Virus record (IMG/VR): IMGVR_UViG_638275430_000001
Coordinates: 22,274 to 86,273 of that record
Strand: one strand, 5' to 3'
From: a virus
Lineage: Duplodnaviria; Heunggongvirae; Uroviricota; Caudoviricetes
Length of the DNA: 64,000 nucleotides
Shown here: positions 44,366 through 53,842 of the stretch, in pieces
How the letters are laid out: each line of letters opens with the position of its first letter
Position numbering within the stretch: position 1 is the first letter of the stretch
Notes under the pieces: generated by a model
What the model was told of the DNA's origin: nothing
The model's database searches: none
What the model saw: only the letters and a program-made list of their open reading frames with translations
Position numbers and translations under genes: made by a program

Positions 44366-44899
44366 CTAATATTCGGTGTCAAGCACTTTTCTAGCGTGAT
44401 CCACCTTTTTTACACATTGAATCAATTCGCTAATCTTGTCTTTCTTGATAACAAGCGTGGTAAACTCACCACCGCTGTTCATATCAAAGATAACATCTTG
44501 CTTAGACGTTCTAACACCAAGCCTAGAGTTCTTGATCTTCATTCTGCCAACCTGTATGTTAGCTGATTTGAATCTCGACTCGGTAACAATCGAATCAGAC
44601 CGTTCCATGAAACTAACGAATCGATCATGATCTACTCGATTCGGCAACTGAAACCAAACTTTCTTATTGAAATTCTCAGTTACCTCCATAACAGTCGTGT
44701 GATCTTTGATATAAAAAGAGATTGTGTAAAACTGATTTACACCTACACCGGAACAAGCAACAACTTCCTTATTACCGGCGTTTAGTCTTGAATAGAACTC
44801 TTGATCACTCACAATAGCAGCGTTGGCAGATGTTACTGCCAACGCGATTGCAAGATTACTCCAGAGATTCTTCACATTCTTCAGGCAGAACGGAATCAT
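44366..44899 (-). CDS. Secreted protein (signal peptide; start MIPFCLKNVKNLW...AVTSANAA)
   Basis: SD gaggaagaggtgctgtgtgATG. Signal-peptide-like N-terminus. Confidence 0.45.
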   Translation of the reverse strand: MIPFCLKNVKNLWSNLAIALAVTSANAAIVSDQEFYSRLNAGNKEVVACSGVGVNQFYTISFYIKDHTTVMEVTENFNKKVWFQLPNRVDHDRFVSFMERSDSIVTESRFKSANIQVGRMKIKNSRLGVRTSKQDVIFDMNSGGEFTTLVIKKDKISELIQCVKKVDHARKVLDTEY

Positions 44900-45182
44900 C
44901 ACACAGCACCTCTTCCTCGTTAGTACCATTTTCAACTTGCTGATCATTACCATTTTGCATAGCATTCATAAGCATCATGGTAGTTACTACGTTAGCGGCA
45001 GTGTTGGTATGAACGGCCGCATTGCTTACAGTAACAGGACGAGATACCGGAGCACTCACGGTCATTGGACGCGATACAGTCATCGGGCGGCTAATGGTCA
45101 TAGGACGACTCATACTGATAGCAGCGTGAGCAGTAGACATACCAAGAGCAAACAGAGCAATAGCGATAACAGACTTTTTCAT
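44856..45182 (-). CDS. Secreted protein with tandem hexapeptide repeats (SRPMT[IV])x4
   Basis: Signal peptide MKKSVIAIALFALGMSTAHA, then ISMSRPMTISRPMTVSRPMTVSAPVSRPVTVS. Confidence 0.5.
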   Translation of the reverse strand: MKKSVIAIALFALGMSTAHAAISMSRPMTISRPMTVSRPMTVSAPVSRPVTVSNAAVHTNTAANVVTTMMLMNAMQNGNDQQVENGTNEEEVLCDDSVLPEECEESLE

Positions 45183-45273
45183 TTGAACCCCATAAAGAAT
45201 AGACATAAAAACATGATAAACATTTGAACAAGTGTTTCCACTTTCTTAACCCTCTTGATAGAAGTCTAAGAAA

Positions 45274-45290
45274 GTGGGGACAAGCCCCAC
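45274..45290 (-). terminator. Hairpin gtgggg-cttgt-ccccac followed by U-rich tract
   Basis: gtggggacaagccccac. Confidence 0.4.
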
Positions 45291-45294
45291 GATT

Positions 45295-45558
45295 TTAATC
45301 TACTTTACGAATGCCGTATTGATAACCCAACATTTTAACTTTGTTTTCAAACTGGCAAGCTTTCTTGAAATCTTCGATTGTGATGTTGGCAGTATACGCT
45401 ATCACATGACCAACTTTAGAACGAACCGGAGTAACATTCATCACTTCCATCGCAATGCGGATTTTGAAATCGGCAGTGATATCGATGTAGCGATTAGCTG
45501 GAACATTAACAGTGAATACATATTTCATAACAAGCTCCTCATCAGAAAGTGGAGTCAT
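45295..45558 (-). CDS. Hypothetical protein (87 aa)
   Basis: SD ctgatgaggagcttgttATG. Consensus promoter. Confidence 0.55.
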   Translation of the reverse strand: MTPLSDEELVMKYVFTVNVPANRYIDITADFKIRIAMEVMNVTPVRSKVGHVIAYTANITIEDFKKACQFENKVKMLGYQYGIRKVD

Positions 45559-45592
45559 TATCTATGGATTACCAACAACAGTCAACAACTTT

Positions 45593-46135
45593 TTACCGAA
45601 AATCAGAAACTTTTGAATGATTCACGCTTTGATCTTGCTCCACGGCAGCGTTCATCTGAGAACAACCTTGCATCATTGCATACGGATTGGTATGCATCAG
45701 ATTAGAGCCAATCGCAACGCCTTCCTCAAAACCAGATTGCACTTTAGCGGAATCATAGTTCGGATTCTTCTTCGCTTCTTCAATCATTCGAGTGCGGAAC
45801 ACGTTATAATAGGCATCGTTGCTCATACGCGCTTGAGCACACTTACTGGTAACACCCAGACCGCGACCGATGTTATATGAGAATGCTTCGGCTTCTTGCT
45901 TGGCAATGTTGGCATCGATTCGCTTTTGATCTTCTACTGCCCAAGCTTTATATTCAGCTTCTTGCTTGTTGCGGATCTCGCGCTCTTGCATATTGATTGT
46001 CAGTTGCTTGTCTTGCTCTTCCAACTGCTTTAGATACGCTACCTGTTGGTGTTGAGCGTCGATATCGTACTGGTCAGACGGCATAGAAGCGCAACCAGTC
46101 AGCAGAAGTCCAGCGATAAGAATCAAACGTTTCAT
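45593..46135 (-). CDS. Lipoprotein (MKRLILIAGLLLTGC lipobox)
   Basis: Lipobox LTGC. ATGA-coupled. Confidence 0.6.
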   Translation of the reverse strand: MKRLILIAGLLLTGCASMPSDQYDIDAQHQQVAYLKQLEEQDKQLTINMQEREIRNKQEAEYKAWAVEDQKRIDANIAKQEAEAFSYNIGRGLGVTSKCAQARMSNDAYYNVFRTRMIEEAKKNPNYDSAKVQSGFEEGVAIGSNLMHTNPYAMMQGCSQMNAAVEQDQSVNHSKVSDFR

Positions 46136-46455
46136 TTTGCACCCACACAGTTGGCGAAACTACGGAAATTCACGTTATCAAGTTCTACCATAACGCGATC
46201 ATTTTTCAACACAACATCTTGACCAGATTTGCTCGCGATCTCTTCTTTGCTCATTTCAAAGAATACATGAGTCGGATCAACTGGATTAAACGGGTCAGTA
46301 CCGTAATCGGTAACAGCTACACCAGATTTTGCGCCAACAGTTGCATACGAAATCAGGGTACGGCTTTCTTTGTCGTGTTTAACGAAAGTCTGGCACTCGA
46401 TATGAGCAGCATTGGCACTCATAGAAAACAAAGCAAGGATAATCAATTTTTTCAT
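46132..46455 (-). CDS. Secreted protein (signal peptide MKKLIILALFSMSANA)
   Basis: Signal peptide. Start within a large stem-loop element. Confidence 0.5.
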   Translation of the reverse strand: MKKLIILALFSMSANAAHIECQTFVKHDKESRTLISYATVGAKSGVAVTDYGTDPFNPVDPTHVFFEMSKEEIASKSGQDVVLKNDRVMVELDNVNFRSFANCVGAK

Positions 46456-46462
46456 TTTGTTT

Positions 46463-46569
46463 CGCGACCCACTAACGATAGCTCTAAGAATGCCCCCATT
46501 CACCTAGCACAAACGTTTAATAAGTTAAAAGTTAGTGTAAGAAAAGAGCTACCGTTAGTGGGTCCCGCC
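46463..46569. other. Large imperfect inverted repeat (19-20 bp arms cccactaacgatagctc / gagctaccgttagtggg, ~63-nt loop) plus small hairpin tagtggg..cccacta
   Basis: Read directly. Spans the 5' region of gene 46132..46455. Confidence 0.6.
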
Positions 46570-46577
46570 TCCCACTA

Positions 46578-47111
46578 TTAGTTCAGATAAGTCGTTGCAG
46601 TTGATACACAATCAGCAACCATGGAACTCATGTCTTTGATATCAACAGCATAGCCACCGACCAAAGATGTATCGTCTTGAACACCAATGTAAACTTCTTT
46701 GGTAGCGTATTTTTCGACGCTTACAGTTACACCGTTGGAAGATTTGTATTCGTGCTGATAGAATTCATCATCTACGAGTTCAGCAACATCACCATCGGCA
46801 ACGAGTTTGATTTGACGCGCAAACTCAACGGCAGTATCTTTGCTCATCGCAGCGAACATTGGACCCATTGCTTGTTGACCTTCCAGCATGTAGCCGATCA
46901 TGACAACGGTGTTTGATTTCAGATTCACACCGACACCAATTTGTTCTGGACCAACTTCACCTTGAAAGTCGATGGTACAAACGTTGGCACTATGTTTTGC
47001 TGTCAGTTGTGCTTGAACTTCGTCCATAGTCAGTTGGGTGAAGTTTTCGGCGGGAGCGGCATTCGCGATTGCGGAGAAGCCGAACATCAGTGCAAGTAAA
47101 GTCTTTTTCAT
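46578..47111 (-). CDS. Secreted protein (signal peptide MKKTLLALMFGFSAIANA)
   Basis: SD aagagattaaatcATG. Confidence 0.6.
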   Translation of the reverse strand: MKKTLLALMFGFSAIANAAPAENFTQLTMDEVQAQLTAKHSANVCTIDFQGEVGPEQIGVGVNLKSNTVVMIGYMLEGQQAMGPMFAAMSKDTAVEFARQIKLVADGDVAELVDDEFYQHEYKSSNGVTVSVEKYATKEVYIGVQDDTSLVGGYAVDIKDMSSMVADCVSTATTYLN

Positions 47112-47134
47112 GATTTAATCTCTTTGTTGATTCA

Positions 47135-47455
47135 TTATGGAACTATGGTAATTTGTTTCGCGACTTCTGTCAACGTGTTTTTGAATGTTTTTGCTTGTTC
47201 TAGTTGAGATTCACCAAACACCTGAACGATCTGCCACTTATAGATGTTATCGAAATCGGAAGTCTCATGAGAATAAACACTTTGCAGAACTACCCAACAA
47301 TCGGTGTATGCATAATTCGGTGAACCCCAAGTAACGCCTTTGTACACTCGTTTAGTAGCGAATGCAACGGCATACGCACCGCGTGGAACTGGACCATCAA
47401 ACGTGCTATCATTCATTTCATAGTTTTCATTTCGGAAAACATACATCATAATCAT
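47135..47455 (-). CDS. Hypothetical protein (106 aa)
   Basis: Same-strand, overlap-coupled. Confidence 0.45.
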   Translation of the reverse strand: MIMMYVFRNENYEMNDSTFDGPVPRGAYAVAFATKRVYKGVTWGSPNYAYTDCWVVLQSVYSHETSDFDNIYKWQIVQVFGESQLEQAKTFKNTLTEVAKQITIVP

Positions 47456-47919
47456 TCCTCAAATGTCAGTAGCGTGATAACTCGGTCATCTTGGCGAATG
47501 ATCCGAACATCGTCGGGTGGATTTTTAACGTAGTTTCTGATTTCGTTTTGTAACTTATCAGTGAACATCCCATGACGATTCGCCCATCTGATCTTCATCA
47601 TATCGCTATCGGTGATAGGATACAAGCCGTATTCCAGTTTAATCTGTTCTTCGTCGAATCTGTAGTTTCGAATTCGCTCCATGTACCGAACAAGAAAATG
47701 ATCCGATAGATTCAAGCAACCAACTGTTCGCCATGTGTTATAACAAAAGTTGTCTTGAATTCTACCATTAGCCCAATCACCCGGCAAGACAGTTCGTTCC
47801 ACGCTGTTCAGAATGCGGTGGCTTTCTGCGATGCAATCATTAATTCGTTGAATTTCTTGATTGATTTTCAGAACTTTTGCCGGGCGCACTCTCCGAAGTC
47901 TACGCCCTTGCATACTCAT
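47452..47919 (-). CDS. Hypothetical protein (155 aa)
   Basis: SD ctggggaaATGagtATG. Confidence 0.5.
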   Translation of the reverse strand: MSMQGRRLRRVRPAKVLKINQEIQRINDCIAESHRILNSVERTVLPGDWANGRIQDNFCYNTWRTVGCLNLSDHFLVRYMERIRNYRFDEEQIKLEYGLYPITDSDMMKIRWANRHGMFTDKLQNEIRNYVKNPPDDVRIIRQDDRVITLLTFEE

Positions 47920-48503
47920 TTCCCCAGATAAAAATCAATTGCCTTGTGTGGGTCAACAAAGATTTTGATGCCTTTGTCCGATACATCACATTCATTGCCG
48001 TTGTCTGTTCTTTTGAAACTATGCCGAGTTTCGGTATGATCGCAATACCAAGTCTTATCGTCGATCTCTCGCGTTTCTCTAGTGTTGTTACTATACACTT
48101 TATGATCTCGGATTTCAATCGGCATTTGTCTGATTTCGTTATGATAGAACACCGCGTACTTTAGTTCTACATTCGAATCCATATGAAGCAAAACGGATTC
48201 ATACTTAGTCAACTCCATGTTATTGAGTCGATTCACATATGCCATCGCCTCATGTTCGGTGTTAAAAACGCGATTGACGTTATACGGCTCATAATGAGCT
48301 CCTTCCATCGTGACATTGAAATCACCATAGAATATCTCCCGAAATCTACCGGTGCCGGTCAGTTGAATAGTAGTCTTTCGGTCATGAATCGCAACAACTT
48401 TGCCAGACACACAAGACGCGGTCAATCGGTCATTCTGCCTCATTACAGAGACGACATACAATATCTTTTCATACTGAATTTGTGATTTCTTTGTAACTAA
48501 CAT
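47916..48503 (-). CDS. Hypothetical protein (195 aa; start MLVTKKSQ)
   Basis: Consensus leader caagaggaaatcatcATG. Confidence 0.55.
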   Translation of the reverse strand: MLVTKKSQIQYEKILYVVSVMRQNDRLTASCVSGKVVAIHDRKTTIQLTGTGRFREIFYGDFNVTMEGAHYEPYNVNRVFNTEHEAMAYVNRLNNMELTKYESVLLHMDSNVELKYAVFYHNEIRQMPIEIRDHKVYSNNTRETREIDDKTWYCDHTETRHSFKRTDNGNECDVSDKGIKIFVDPHKAIDFYLGK

Positions 48504-48560
48504 GATGATTTCCTCTTGTTTTTGACAATAGGCACTCACCAGAATGCCTATCAGCAACAC

Positions 48561-49100
48561 TTAGATCAGATCTTTCAGTTTAACGACAGTTGGAACATAT
48601 ACCTTGGCGCTGAACATTTCCTGTTCAATCATATGAGTTTTAAGCTCATTTTTTGACATTTCTACCTGTTTGCCATTGAAAATCAAAGTGTATTTGTCGG
48701 AAGAAACATCAATCGATTTGTTTTCTGTCTTAACAGAACCTAGGATTTCCGGATAAGGGAAGGATGGACGAGTTTCGATCATTTTAAACTTGTCCAAGTT
48801 TGGAATAGACATATCACTAATAGTACAAATGTCGAAGATCTCGGTGCAATTACTTTCCGCAACATGAACCAAACGACAGGAGCCAGATTTTGCTTTAACT
48901 CGCTGGTATTTTCCGTTATCATCCATATACCATGCTTCGATCTGATAACGGGAGTGGTATTTTACTTTTCCTTGATACACACTTTTGGAGTGATCTCGCT
49001 CTACAACTTTGCCAAAGATTCCCTCAAATGTGCCGCTAGTAGTGCCGATGATATCACCGATGGAAAACTTGTGTTCTGGCTTGATGTTTTGCATTTTCAT
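48561..49100 (-). CDS. Hypothetical protein (179 aa)
   Basis: Consensus promoter upstream. Confidence 0.55.
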   Translation of the reverse strand: MKMQNIKPEHKFSIGDIIGTTSGTFEGIFGKVVERDHSKSVYQGKVKYHSRYQIEAWYMDDNGKYQRVKAKSGSCRLVHVAESNCTEIFDICTISDMSIPNLDKFKMIETRPSFPYPEILGSVKTENKSIDVSSDKYTLIFNGKQVEMSKNELKTHMIEQEMFSAKVYVPTVVKLKDLI

Positions 49101-49210
49101 TCTCTCTTTTTCAGTTGATTTGATTGTTTCGATGTAGCTATATTAACAGGATGATTTTGTCTGTCAACGCTTTTCGACAATGGACACTAATTAAAGTGCC
49201 CATTAGCAAA

Positions 49211-49633
49211 TTACGCAGTAACGAAATCGGCGATGATACGCGGATTAGCAATGTGGCCACTCAGTTTCCACAGAGATACAGTTTCTGCCGGATTCTTGAT
49301 CTTGTGTTCACGCGCTACTTCCATAGCCTGCTTGTCAGTCATCGGGTTCATGAACACGCTTTGACCGTCTGCTTTGGTAATCTGAACAATAGAAGTCAGT
49401 TTGCCTTGTTTCACGCCAACACCAATATCACTCATGATCTTTTTGGCTTCGGTTTCGGTAATCTCGTCCAGGGACTTTACACTCAGATAAACACGCTTGC
49501 CGTCGATTCGCAGAACACCGGAACAAACACCGTCACGCCAGGTATAGTCTTCCATCTTGGCAACAGCGCCATGATGTTTGGATTTTTCGTTGTTAACACG
49601 TACCATACCACGATAAGATTGTTTTACAGCCAT
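49211..49633 (-). CDS. Hypothetical protein (140 aa)
   Basis: SD ctgaggtgaaaaATG. Confidence 0.55.
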   Translation of the reverse strand: MAVKQSYRGMVRVNNEKSKHHGAVAKMEDYTWRDGVCSGVLRIDGKRVYLSVKSLDEITETEAKKIMSDIGVGVKQGKLTSIVQITKADGQSVFMNPMTDKQAMEVAREHKIKNPAETVSLWKLSGHIANPRIIADFVTA

Positions 49634-49641
49634 TTTTCACC

Positions 49642-50202
49642 TCAGATAAATTTGAATGTTTGCAGTGCTTCCGGACTCAGATGCACTACCATGTCTTTTT
49701 CGATACACAATTTCGAATACAGGTCCAGTTTATCAGCTTTCACCAGTATGTCAATGATTTTATCGAACTTTTCTTTTGCTTCCCAATCGCCATCAGCAAC
49801 GATTGTAAATTCAGCAGTAGCAACAACGAACTCTCCTTCAATACCACGCGCTTTTGTCAAGCTGTAGGCATAGAAATCAAAGCTTTCGCGCTTTACGACT
49901 GCGGCATATTTTCGAACTTCCTCAATGTTGTGCATTACAGCATCAAGCGGGAACATGGTATTGAAATTGTATTTCCACTTGCCATGATAGTCGAATGCAC
50001 CACAATGACGTTGAAGATCAGTAAACAGGCTTTCATGTGAATCTTCGTACATCGGGCGATGTGCGCGATGATTCCAACCACAATGACTATGACCCATTTT
50101 ACCAGCTTGTCGGCAGTTCACACGCTCCAGATCATCTTGCATCGGTTTGCGTCCAGTGAACTTTTTAAACCGTTTGGCATCCATTTCAGTTTTAAGGCGC
50201 AT
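49642..50202 (-). CDS. Hypothetical protein (186 aa), Cys/His-rich N-terminal region
   Basis: SD tggaggacatgtaATG. TAATG-coupled. Confidence 0.5.
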   Translation of the reverse strand: MRLKTEMDAKRFKKFTGRKPMQDDLERVNCRQAGKMGHSHCGWNHRAHRPMYEDSHESLFTDLQRHCGAFDYHGKWKYNFNTMFPLDAVMHNIEEVRKYAAVVKRESFDFYAYSLTKARGIEGEFVVATAEFTIVADGDWEAKEKFDKIIDILVKADKLDLYSKLCIEKDMVVHLSPEALQTFKFI

Positions 50203-50465
50203 TACATGTCCTCCAGAATAACAATCTCACGATCTTTCGGGTTAGGTTCTATATCAAAGAACGACATAACACCGTCTTTGCGAACTGTGATATAACCAAG
50301 ATGGCGGTCGCATTGCTCGATTGTATATCCTTTGCTTTCAAGAAACATAATTGCTTCACTGCTTGCGTGAGTACGACCACAACCAGTCCAGTCAATCACA
50401 GCGGCTTTAGCACCAGCATTAGTAGAAACAAACAGAGCGTTGCGAATGTTATGCGGATTAAACAT
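50202..50465 (-). CDS. Hypothetical protein (87 aa)
   Basis: Consensus leader caagaggaaatcatcATG. Confidence 0.55.
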   Translation of the reverse strand: MFNPHNIRNALFVSTNAGAKAAVIDWTGCGRTHASSEAIMFLESKGYTIEQCDRHLGYITVRKDGVMSFFDIEPNPKDREIVILEDM

Positions 50466-50522
50466 GATGATTTCCTCTTGTTTTGATGTGACTCATTATA
50501 CAGTAACGAGCCACTCCGTCAA

Positions 50523-50867
50523 TCACTTTTTCAATACTTTTGGATCAAAATGCCAGTACCGATATGTCTTGCTACCATGAACAAAGCGTTGGAACACGAT
50601 ACCATGGGTTTTGCGCATATGCTCGATGTTTTCATCCGACTGATTGAACACAAAACGGACATCACGCTCCCAAGTCTCGCGCCAGCGAGTTTTAGACAAT
50701 TCGTTGGTCTTGTCGTCCTTACGATTATACATGTCCATGTGAGCGTTGAAATCGTCATTATCTCGCAGCAGATCAACAATATCATTATTGCTGAATTTCA
50801 CATACGGAACGGATTGCATCTGCGGAATACCAAACTTGATCACTGCCGCTTTGATACTCAGTTTCAT
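50523..50867 (-). CDS. Hypothetical protein (114 aa; start MKLSIKAAV)
   Basis: SD tggagaccgcaaaATG. ATGA overlap. Confidence 0.5.
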   Translation of the reverse strand: MKLSIKAAVIKFGIPQMQSVPYVKFSNNDIVDLLRDNDDFNAHMDMYNRKDDKTNELSKTRWRETWERDVRFVFNQSDENIEHMRKTHGIVFQRFVHGSKTYRYWHFDPKVLKK

Positions 50868-51367
50868 TTTGCGGTCTCCACCAGAACTTTCATACCAGCT
50901 GGGACAGTCACGACAAGACAATCGCGGAACATACGAGTAGTAAACTCGGGTTTCTTTTCTTGTGTCTTTTCAGGCAGATTACTTTCTGCTTTCTTCACTG
51001 CTTCCGCAAAGTCGTTCAGATCTTGCGGCTTCTCTTCGCGTTTGCTAACCCATGCTTTGCCGTCATGATGAATGTTATGGCGAGCATACATCTTGATCGC
51101 AATCGGGCTAGATGATTTCAGCAGATCGCGAATGATTGCATGCCAGCGTGGGCGCTTGTCTACTTGCTTGCCATTAGCACCGGTTGGAACTTGCAGCAGA
51201 GCACGATTGCGACGCAGGTAATCTACAAAAGATTTGTTCCGTTCGAGTTCATCGATCAGAATCTTCGGCGTAACAGCTCGATGTTGTACCATAGACAGAA
51301 ACACGATGTTGGCGAATTTCTTGATCTCGGTACGAACGATAGTCGGAATAGACGGATGTTTGCTCAT
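50864..51367 (-). CDS. Hypothetical protein (167 aa)
   Basis: SD agaggttaaaaATG. Confidence 0.5.
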   Translation of the reverse strand: MSKHPSIPTIVRTEIKKFANIVFLSMVQHRAVTPKILIDELERNKSFVDYLRRNRALLQVPTGANGKQVDKRPRWHAIIRDLLKSSSPIAIKMYARHNIHHDGKAWVSKREEKPQDLNDFAEAVKKAESNLPEKTQEKKPEFTTRMFRDCLVVTVPAGMKVLVETAK

Positions 51368-51377
51368 TTTTAACCTC

Positions 51378-51725
51378 TTAGTTAGAGTTCAGGTGTTCTT
51401 TCAAAACTCGGATGTGTTCAGGACTCAAGCCACGAAGTTGCTTTTTTGCCTCTTCCAACAGATTATAATCCCGATTATGGTGTTCGTCAACAACAACGCG
51501 ATAAGATTCACTAAAAGAAGATTTGGTGACTTTCACGCCTTTTGCTTCGTTCAAATGGTCAGCCCTCAGAACTTCAACCGGTTGAAAGTTATATCCGTAG
51601 TATGGATTCTTTCCCTGCAAAAGTAGGAGACTTACAATCTTTTTGATTTCACCAGAGTAAACACCAAGATGACGAATCGAGCGACCTTCACAATCGCCTT
51701 CAGTCGTTACGCTATAAGTTGCCAT
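51378..51725 (-). CDS. Hypothetical protein (115 aa)
   Basis: SD ctgaggcaaatcATG. Confidence 0.5.
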   Translation of the reverse strand: MATYSVTTEGDCEGRSIRHLGVYSGEIKKIVSLLLLQGKNPYYGYNFQPVEVLRADHLNEAKGVKVTKSSFSESYRVVVDEHHNRDYNLLEEAKKQLRGLSPEHIRVLKEHLNSN

Positions 51726-51733
51726 GATTTGCC

Positions 51734-51931
51734 TCAGATTTTGAATTTAACGATTTCGGACCCATGAACTACGATTACAGTTTGACGCTTGCGCCAGAAC
51801 TGATACCACTTTACCTTTACATACTCGGCCATCTGCATCACTTGTTCAACAGAAGCAGATGTAACGGAGATTTCGCCGTTCGGCAGAGTCATCATAACTT
51901 GGTCATTCACGATTTGCAGATTCATAATCAT
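51734..51931 (-). CDS. Hypothetical protein (65 aa)
   Basis: Leader ccctgaggaaatgattATG. Confidence 0.5.
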   Translation of the reverse strand: MIMNLQIVNDQVMMTLPNGEISVTSASVEQVMQMAEYVKVKWYQFWRKRQTVIVVHGSEIVKFKI

Positions 51932-52083
51932 TTCCTCAGGGTAGTTGATTCATCAAACTTGACAAAGCTTCGGCATACGCTAGGCCAAATCCCATCATCA
52001 TTATAAAGAATGCGATTTTCATTTCTTTATCCGGTTGTCTTGATGTGGACATCTTATCAGGATGTCCATACATGTCAATCAAA

Positions 52084-52812
52084 TTAGAAAATAACTTTTA
52101 GTTGTTCGATGTAAAGATCAAGTTCGTCAGTATCATGTTCGCCGTCAGTAGCACAGATAACAGTCGATTTGATGTGCGTTACCTGCTCTTCCCAAGTGAA
52201 CCGAGCTTCGGATTTAGAATTCTTGATCTTGTTCCGAGTCGTATTCAACAGTTGCAGATTGTTCGGAGTAAATGCAACCTGTTGATTGTCATATACACTG
52301 GTAGCGTGATCTACATCAAAATAAGTTCCGCCACACAATGAGTTGATACGCTTTGAAATTGCCCAGAAATCATAGTACCGGATTTGATCTCGTTTACAAA
52401 GCTTTCCAACATATTCTTTTTCTGCCATTTTTCGGCTGATTGTCTGCTTAGACAGACCGGAATAATCGTCTGGAGTTTCCTGTTCAACATCTAGCGCCTG
52501 ATCTTCTTCTACCTCAACTTCATCTTCCAAATCGGATTGATCTTTCAGATAAAATCGACGTATTCCGTCTTCTCCGACTTCAAGATCAACATGATTTTTG
52601 GAAGAAGGATAATTATGCAGTCGATCATATACATAATACACAAAGTTTCTGGCTTTCTCTTCGCTGCCCTGCTTCTTAACAGTTGCATCGAATGATTCTT
52701 GATTACTTTCAATCGCATAGTTAGCAATTTCAAGTCCAGTTGATCCATTTCCAACGGATTTTATTGCATCGACGATCAGATTTACGTTTGTCATTGCCAG
52801 AACTTTACGCAT
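52084..52812 (-). CDS. Hypothetical protein (242 aa) with acidic linker and possible C-terminal HNH-like motif (..DVDHATSVYDN...NLQLLNTTRNKIK)
   Basis: Consensus promoter with dyad. Motif reading is tentative. Confidence 0.45.
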   Translation of the reverse strand: MRKVLAMTNVNLIVDAIKSVGNGSTGLEIANYAIESNQESFDATVKKQGSEEKARNFVYYVYDRLHNYPSSKNHVDLEVGEDGIRRFYLKDQSDLEDEVEVEEDQALDVEQETPDDYSGLSKQTISRKMAEKEYVGKLCKRDQIRYYDFWAISKRINSLCGGTYFDVDHATSVYDNQQVAFTPNNLQLLNTTRNKIKNSKSEARFTWEEQVTHIKSTVICATDGEHDTDELDLYIEQLKVIF

Positions 52813-52891
52813 GATATTTTTCTCAATTTGTGTTTCGATGTGGTTATATTAACAGAACTAGATTTCGATGCAAGCACTTTCTGGAAAATAA

Positions 52892-52909
52892 AACCCGCCG
52901 AAGCGGGTT
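52892..52909 (-). terminator. C(UUCG)G hairpin (aacccgc-ttcg-gcgggtt) + U-run, fused to the promoter
   Basis: aaaacccgccgaagcgggttt. Confidence 0.6.
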
Positions 52910-53130
52910 TAGTCTTTCTTGGATGCCAACATTGCTGCCATCAGCATTTCGTGGCGCTTTTGTTCTTCTTTCTCTTTGCGCAGATTCGGCAGAATCAGCA
53001 ACAGAATGATGGAGAAAAGCGGAGTAAGGAAAATGGTGATGATTAACCAACCCAGAACAGAACGTCCGCGAGAGTTTGCCAGTACCAGTGTAACGATCAG
53101 AAACACTAGCCACCCGATTACGATTGTCAT
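52909..53130 (-). CDS. Small membrane protein (73 aa, 2 TM)
   Basis: Hydrophobic. SD ataaaggtaattaaATG. Confidence 0.45.
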   Translation of the reverse strand: MTIVIGWLVFLIVTLVLANSRGRSVLGWLIITIFLTPLFSIILLLILPNLRKEKEEQKRHEMLMAAMLASKKD

Positions 53131-53583
53131 TTAATTACCTTTATGATAGTTGATAGCGTATTCTTTCAGCTCTTGATAAAAAGCCTGATATTCGATTGTG
53201 CGAATAATGTCCTTAGGACCGATGCCCTTCAAACGTCGGATATCGCTATTGGTGCGCAAGTCGCTCATTTTGATGTAAACGGAACGAATATCCAGTTTAA
53301 CCCGAGCTTTGTAATCTTCTTTACTTTCACCCGGACGTTTACTCACGTTGTCAACGAGTTGAACAGCTTCGAGACTCATACCATTGGAGATCAACAGGTC
53401 TCGACCATTCTCGATATCTTCGATGATGTCGTGAGCCAGTGCAGCTTGTTTGGTAGCTTCATCGGCACATTCAGGAAGTCCTTTCAGAACTGCCAAACAA
53501 TGTTCAAAATACGGGTGACCGCCTTTGTCGTTTATATCAGCGAATGCGGTTGCTACCAGGGCATACAGTTTAGCTAAAGTCAT
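53131..53583 (-). CDS. HD-domain phosphohydrolase, SpoT/Mesh1-like small alarmone ((p)ppGpp) hydrolase candidate
   Basis: 150 aa. Motif H..H (HPYFEH) ... AALAHDIIEDI, as in the RelA/SpoT hydrolase HD fold. Confidence 0.55.
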   Translation of the reverse strand: MTLAKLYALVATAFADINDKGGHPYFEHCLAVLKGLPECADEATKQAALAHDIIEDIENGRDLLISNGMSLEAVQLVDNVSKRPGESKEDYKARVKLDIRSVYIKMSDLRTNSDIRRLKGIGPKDIIRTIEYQAFYQELKEYAINYHKGN

Positions 53584-53839
53584 GTTCTTTCTCCAATTGT
53601 TCTAGCTCTTGAGATAACATCATATCACGCTTGGCATGATAGTCAACCTTTTCTTTCGAATATTTGATCTCTTCTACCAAATGTTTTCGATAGTCTCGAA
53701 TCGCCGTACACAAGCTAGGACAATCCTTTGTCCCGTATGAGTGTTTGGCAAAGCCGTCAACACAGAATGTCCAGTTCAAACACGATATTGATTTGTCGGT
53801 ATCACAAATTGAATACCGACCGTTTTGATGGATTATCAT
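53570..53839 (-). CDS. Hypothetical Cys-rich protein (89 aa)
   Basis: Overlap-coupled between the UvdE and HD genes. Confidence 0.45.
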   Translation of the reverse strand: MIIHQNGRYSICDTDKSISCLNWTFCVDGFAKHSYGTKDCPSLCTAIRDYRKHLVEEIKYSKEKVDYHAKRDMMLSQELEQLEKEHDFS

Positions 53840-53842
53840 AGA

